IMG/VR virus record: IMGVR_UViG_3300009080_000053 | Coordinates: 1-25,364 of that record | From: a virus | Taxonomy: Duplodnaviria > Caudoviricetes | Reading direction: 5' to 3' (one strand) | DNA length: 25,364 bases | Shown: positions 23,014 through 25,364 of the stretch, one piece after another | How positions within the stretch are numbered: position 1 is the first letter of the stretch | Layout: each line of letters starts with the position of its first letter | Program-made: the position numbers and the translations under genes | The notes under the pieces: generated by a model | Database searches by the model: none | What the model was told of the DNA's origin: nothing | The model's input: only the letters and a program-made list of their open reading frames with translations

Positions 23014-23784
23014 ATGTCCACATCGTACTTAGATTTAACTAACGAGCTTTTGCGAGAACTGAATGAAGTTACGCTCACTTCGGGCAACTTTAATACAGCT
23101 ATCGGGGTTCAGCAGCACGTTAAGGATTCTTTAAATCGCGCATACTTTGACATCATAAACGAAGAACCTCAGTGGCCTTTTTTATCCGTTGCCGAAAGCG
23201 GTGACGTAGACCCAATGTACGGAAACACTTATATTGAAACGGTAGCTGGTACACGCTTTTATGAGCTAAAACCTGCAAGTGATAGTATAACAACCGACTA
23301 TGGCTCTGTTGATTGGGATAATTTTTATATTACGACCGTAGGAGTTACTGGGGAAACATCCCCCTATACTGGAAAGAACCTTTCCTTTATGACTACCGAA
23401 GCTTGGAAAACATTTAGACGAGTTTCAGAAAATTTAGATGACGCAGATGCCCAAGCATTTGGAGTACCTAATAGCGTTATTAGAAGTCCTGACAGCCGCA
23501 AGTTTGGACTTAGCCCAATTCCCGATAAAGTATATCGTGTTTGGTTTTATGCATGGAGTTTGCCTACAAAACTAACCGCATACTCAGACACCCTTGTGTT
23601 TCCTGAGATGTACAGCTCAGTTCTTTTAGCTAGAGCACGTTATTATATTTGGCAGTTTAAAGACAATCCACAAGCAGCATCATTTGCAATGGAAGACTAT
23701 AAAAAAGGATTACGCAGTATGCGTTCTAACCTTATTGAACCAGTACCTACTTTTATTAAAGATGACCGAGTGAGATTCGTATAA
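23014..23784 (+). CDS. tail adaptor (tail tubular protein A-like)
   Basis: YLDLTNELLRELNE N-terminus, WPF and PIPDKVY motifs; follows the capsid gene. Confidence 0.75.
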   Translation: MSTSYLDLTNELLRELNEVTLTSGNFNTAIGVQQHVKDSLNRAYFDIINEEPQWPFLSVAESGDVDPMYGNTYIETVAGTRFYELKPASDSITTDYGSVDWDNFYITTVGVTGETSPYTGKNLSFMTTEAWKTFRRVSENLDDADAQAFGVPNSVIRSPDSRKFGLSPIPDKVYRVWFYAWSLPTKLTAYSDTLVFPEMYSSVLLARARYYIWQFKDNPQAASFAMEDYKKGLRSMRSNLIEPVPTFIKDDRVRFV

Positions 23785-23785
23785 T

Positions 23786-25364
23786 ATGGCAGCTTCCCAA
23801 CCTTTTGGTATCTCATGCAAAGGAGGTTTAAATACTAACCTCAATCAGCTTGAGATGCTTGCCCAGCCCGGAGTAGCTACAAAGCTTTTAAACTTTGAAG
23901 TAGACCCAGACGGAGGCTATCGCCGCATAAACGGCTATACTCCCTTTGGTGGAGATGATGCTATTAGACCTACTGGCGGTAATGACCCTATTTTAGGTCT
24001 CCATACGTATGCAGATGGTCTTATTGTATGTGCAGGAACTGGCATTTATTTTAGCCAAGATGGAACTAGCTGGCTTCAAGTAAATAGAATTTCTAGCGGT
24101 GGCGGAGATGACTATACTACTTTTACAGGAAAAAGTCTTTTAGCAAGAACTAATCAAAAGCAATGTAGTTTTTCTTTGTTTTCTAATAGCTATGATTATG
24201 GCGAGCTTATTATTGCTGACGGCGCTAATCAACTTTTTAGTTTTAGAATGGAAGGTTTTGGCGCATTAAATACTAGGACATTTCACACACAAGAAATTTC
24301 TATTATTTCTGGCACACATGCAGTCAGAGAAATAACAGTACACGACCATCACTTAGTAGCTGCTGGAGTTACAGACCACGAGTCTACAATATATTATAGT
24401 GTTAATTTAGACCCTGATAACTTTACTGGTGCTGGAGCTGGGGCAGTTACAATTTCTGATGTTATTGTAGGCATTAAAAGCTTTAGAAGCGATTTAATTA
24501 TATTTTGTCAGAATAGTTTACACAAATTAATAAACATTAACGACTCCAGCAATATTCAAGTTGTACCTATAGCAAAAAACATAGGTTGTTTAGACGGCAA
24601 AAGCATTCAAGAAATTGGAGGCGACTTGGTGTTTTTGGCTCCTGACGGTATTCGTTCTGTTGCCGGCACTGCCCGTATTGGCGATGTTGAGTTAGGCTCA
24701 GTAAGCCGGCAGATACAATCAGTAATTTCAGACTTAGCTTTTGCTATAAATACTTATACAATTTCAAGCGAAGTTTTAAGAAGTAAATCTCAGTACAGAT
24801 TATTTTATACTGTAGCTGGAGAAGCCCCATCTTTAACTAAAGGTATTATTGGGACTTTAACGCCTAACGGTTTTGAGTGGTCACAAACACAAGGCATTCA
24901 AGCCACTGCTTTTACTTCGGAATTTGATTCTGACGGCATAGAACAAGAATATCACGGAGATTATTTTGGCTATGTCTATAATCACGATACAGGCAATAGC
25001 TTTTATTCAGGCGGCGTTCCTTTTAATATTTCAGCTCAGTACACAACGCCTAACTATGACTTTGGTGACATTGGAACTAGAAAGACTTTACATTACGCAA
25101 AGATTTCTATTACGCCTGAAGGCGAAGCGCAACCGACACTTAGAGTGCGTTATGATTACGAAGACACAGACATACCGCAGCCAGCCGATTATGTTTTAGA
25201 TTCTATACCGCTTCCTGCATTGTTTGGAACCGCAATATTTGGAACAGCAGTATTTGGCGCAAGCAACGACCCAATGATTCGACAGGCTATACAAGGTAGT
25301 GGACATTCGTGCAACTTTAGAATTAGTAGCTCAGACTCAAAAGCACCATACGCAATTAACGGCA
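23786..25364 (+). CDS. tail nozzle (tail tubular protein B-like beta-propeller), truncated by the window end
   Basis: ATG at 23786 (MAASQPFGISCKGGLNTN...NFEVDPDGGYRRINGY); reads open to the window end; contains IGC...SIQEIGGDLVFLAPDG; absent from the ORF track, presumably because it lacks a stop. Confidence 0.8.
   Translation, partial: MAASQPFGISCKGGLNTNLNQLEMLAQPGVATKLLNFEVDPDGGYRRINGYTPFGGDDAIRPTGGNDPILGLHTYADGLIVCAGTGIYFSQDGTSWLQVNRISSGGGDDYTTFTGKSLLARTNQKQCSFSLFSNSYDYGELIIADGANQLFSFRMEGFGALNTRTFHTQEISIISGTHAVREITVHDHHLVAAGVTDHESTIYYSVNLDPDNFTGAGAGAVTISDVIVGIKSFRSDLIIFCQNSLHKLININDSSNIQVVPIAKNIGCLDGKSIQEIGGDLVFLAPDGIRSVAGTARIGDVELGSVSRQIQSVISDLAFAINTYTISSEVLRSKSQYRLFYTVAGEAPSLTKGIIGTLTPNGFEWSQTQGIQATAFTSEFDSDGIEQEYHGDYFGYVYNHDTGNSFYSGGVPFNISAQYTTPNYDFGDIGTRKTLHYAKISITPEGEAQPTLRVRYDYEDTDIPQPADYVLDSIPLPALFGTAIFGTAVFGASNDPMIRQAIQGSGHSCNFRISSSDSKAPYAING

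Noticed and set aside
14293-25199. Minus-strand and off-frame ORFs within the structural arm (e.g. 18628..19011, 20523..20843, 22146..22436, 22714..22950, 24966..25199)
   Set aside because: They are antisense or nested within long conserved genes; 24966..25199 lies inside the tail nozzle ORF in another frame.
1-25364. tRNA/rRNA genes, introns, inteins and stop-codon recoding
   Set aside because: No cloverleaf or T-loop consensus was noticed in the intergenic spaces. Polymerase, helicase and terminase motifs are contiguous at normal lengths, and TAA, TAG and TGA all terminate genes normally.

Overview
A dsDNA phage genome segment, podovirus-like, with no RNA polymerase, integrase or host genes visible. 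Its layout is reminiscent of SIO1/VpV262-like marine podoviruses, which is an inference. It has two divergent arms. The minus-strand arm (13212 to 1) carries small early genes, an HhH-GPD-like protein, a DUF932-like protein, two MazG-like proteins, SSB, a T7-like primase-helicase, a family A DNA polymerase, three nucleases and a DUF3310 protein. The plus-strand arm (14180 to end) carries TerS, TerL, portal, an ADP-ribosyltransferase-containing putative virion protein, scaffold, major capsid protein, tail adaptor and a truncated tail nozzle. A roughly 1 kb palindrome-rich non-coding region with twin back-to-back sigma70 promoters separates the arms. The most striking unexplained signals are: (i) four copies of a covarying GG-CYAC-[stem-loop]-CC-CC RNA motif around the scaffold translation start; (ii) a family of long intergenic hairpins in the early region, two of which share an identical 26-nt core and a compensatory base change; (iii) a repeated [RK]xx[KYF]xxGG peptide tag separating modules of the ART-bearing protein; and (iv) an early HhH-GPD glycosylase-like gene. 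All protein calls come from reading motifs by eye, with no database search.
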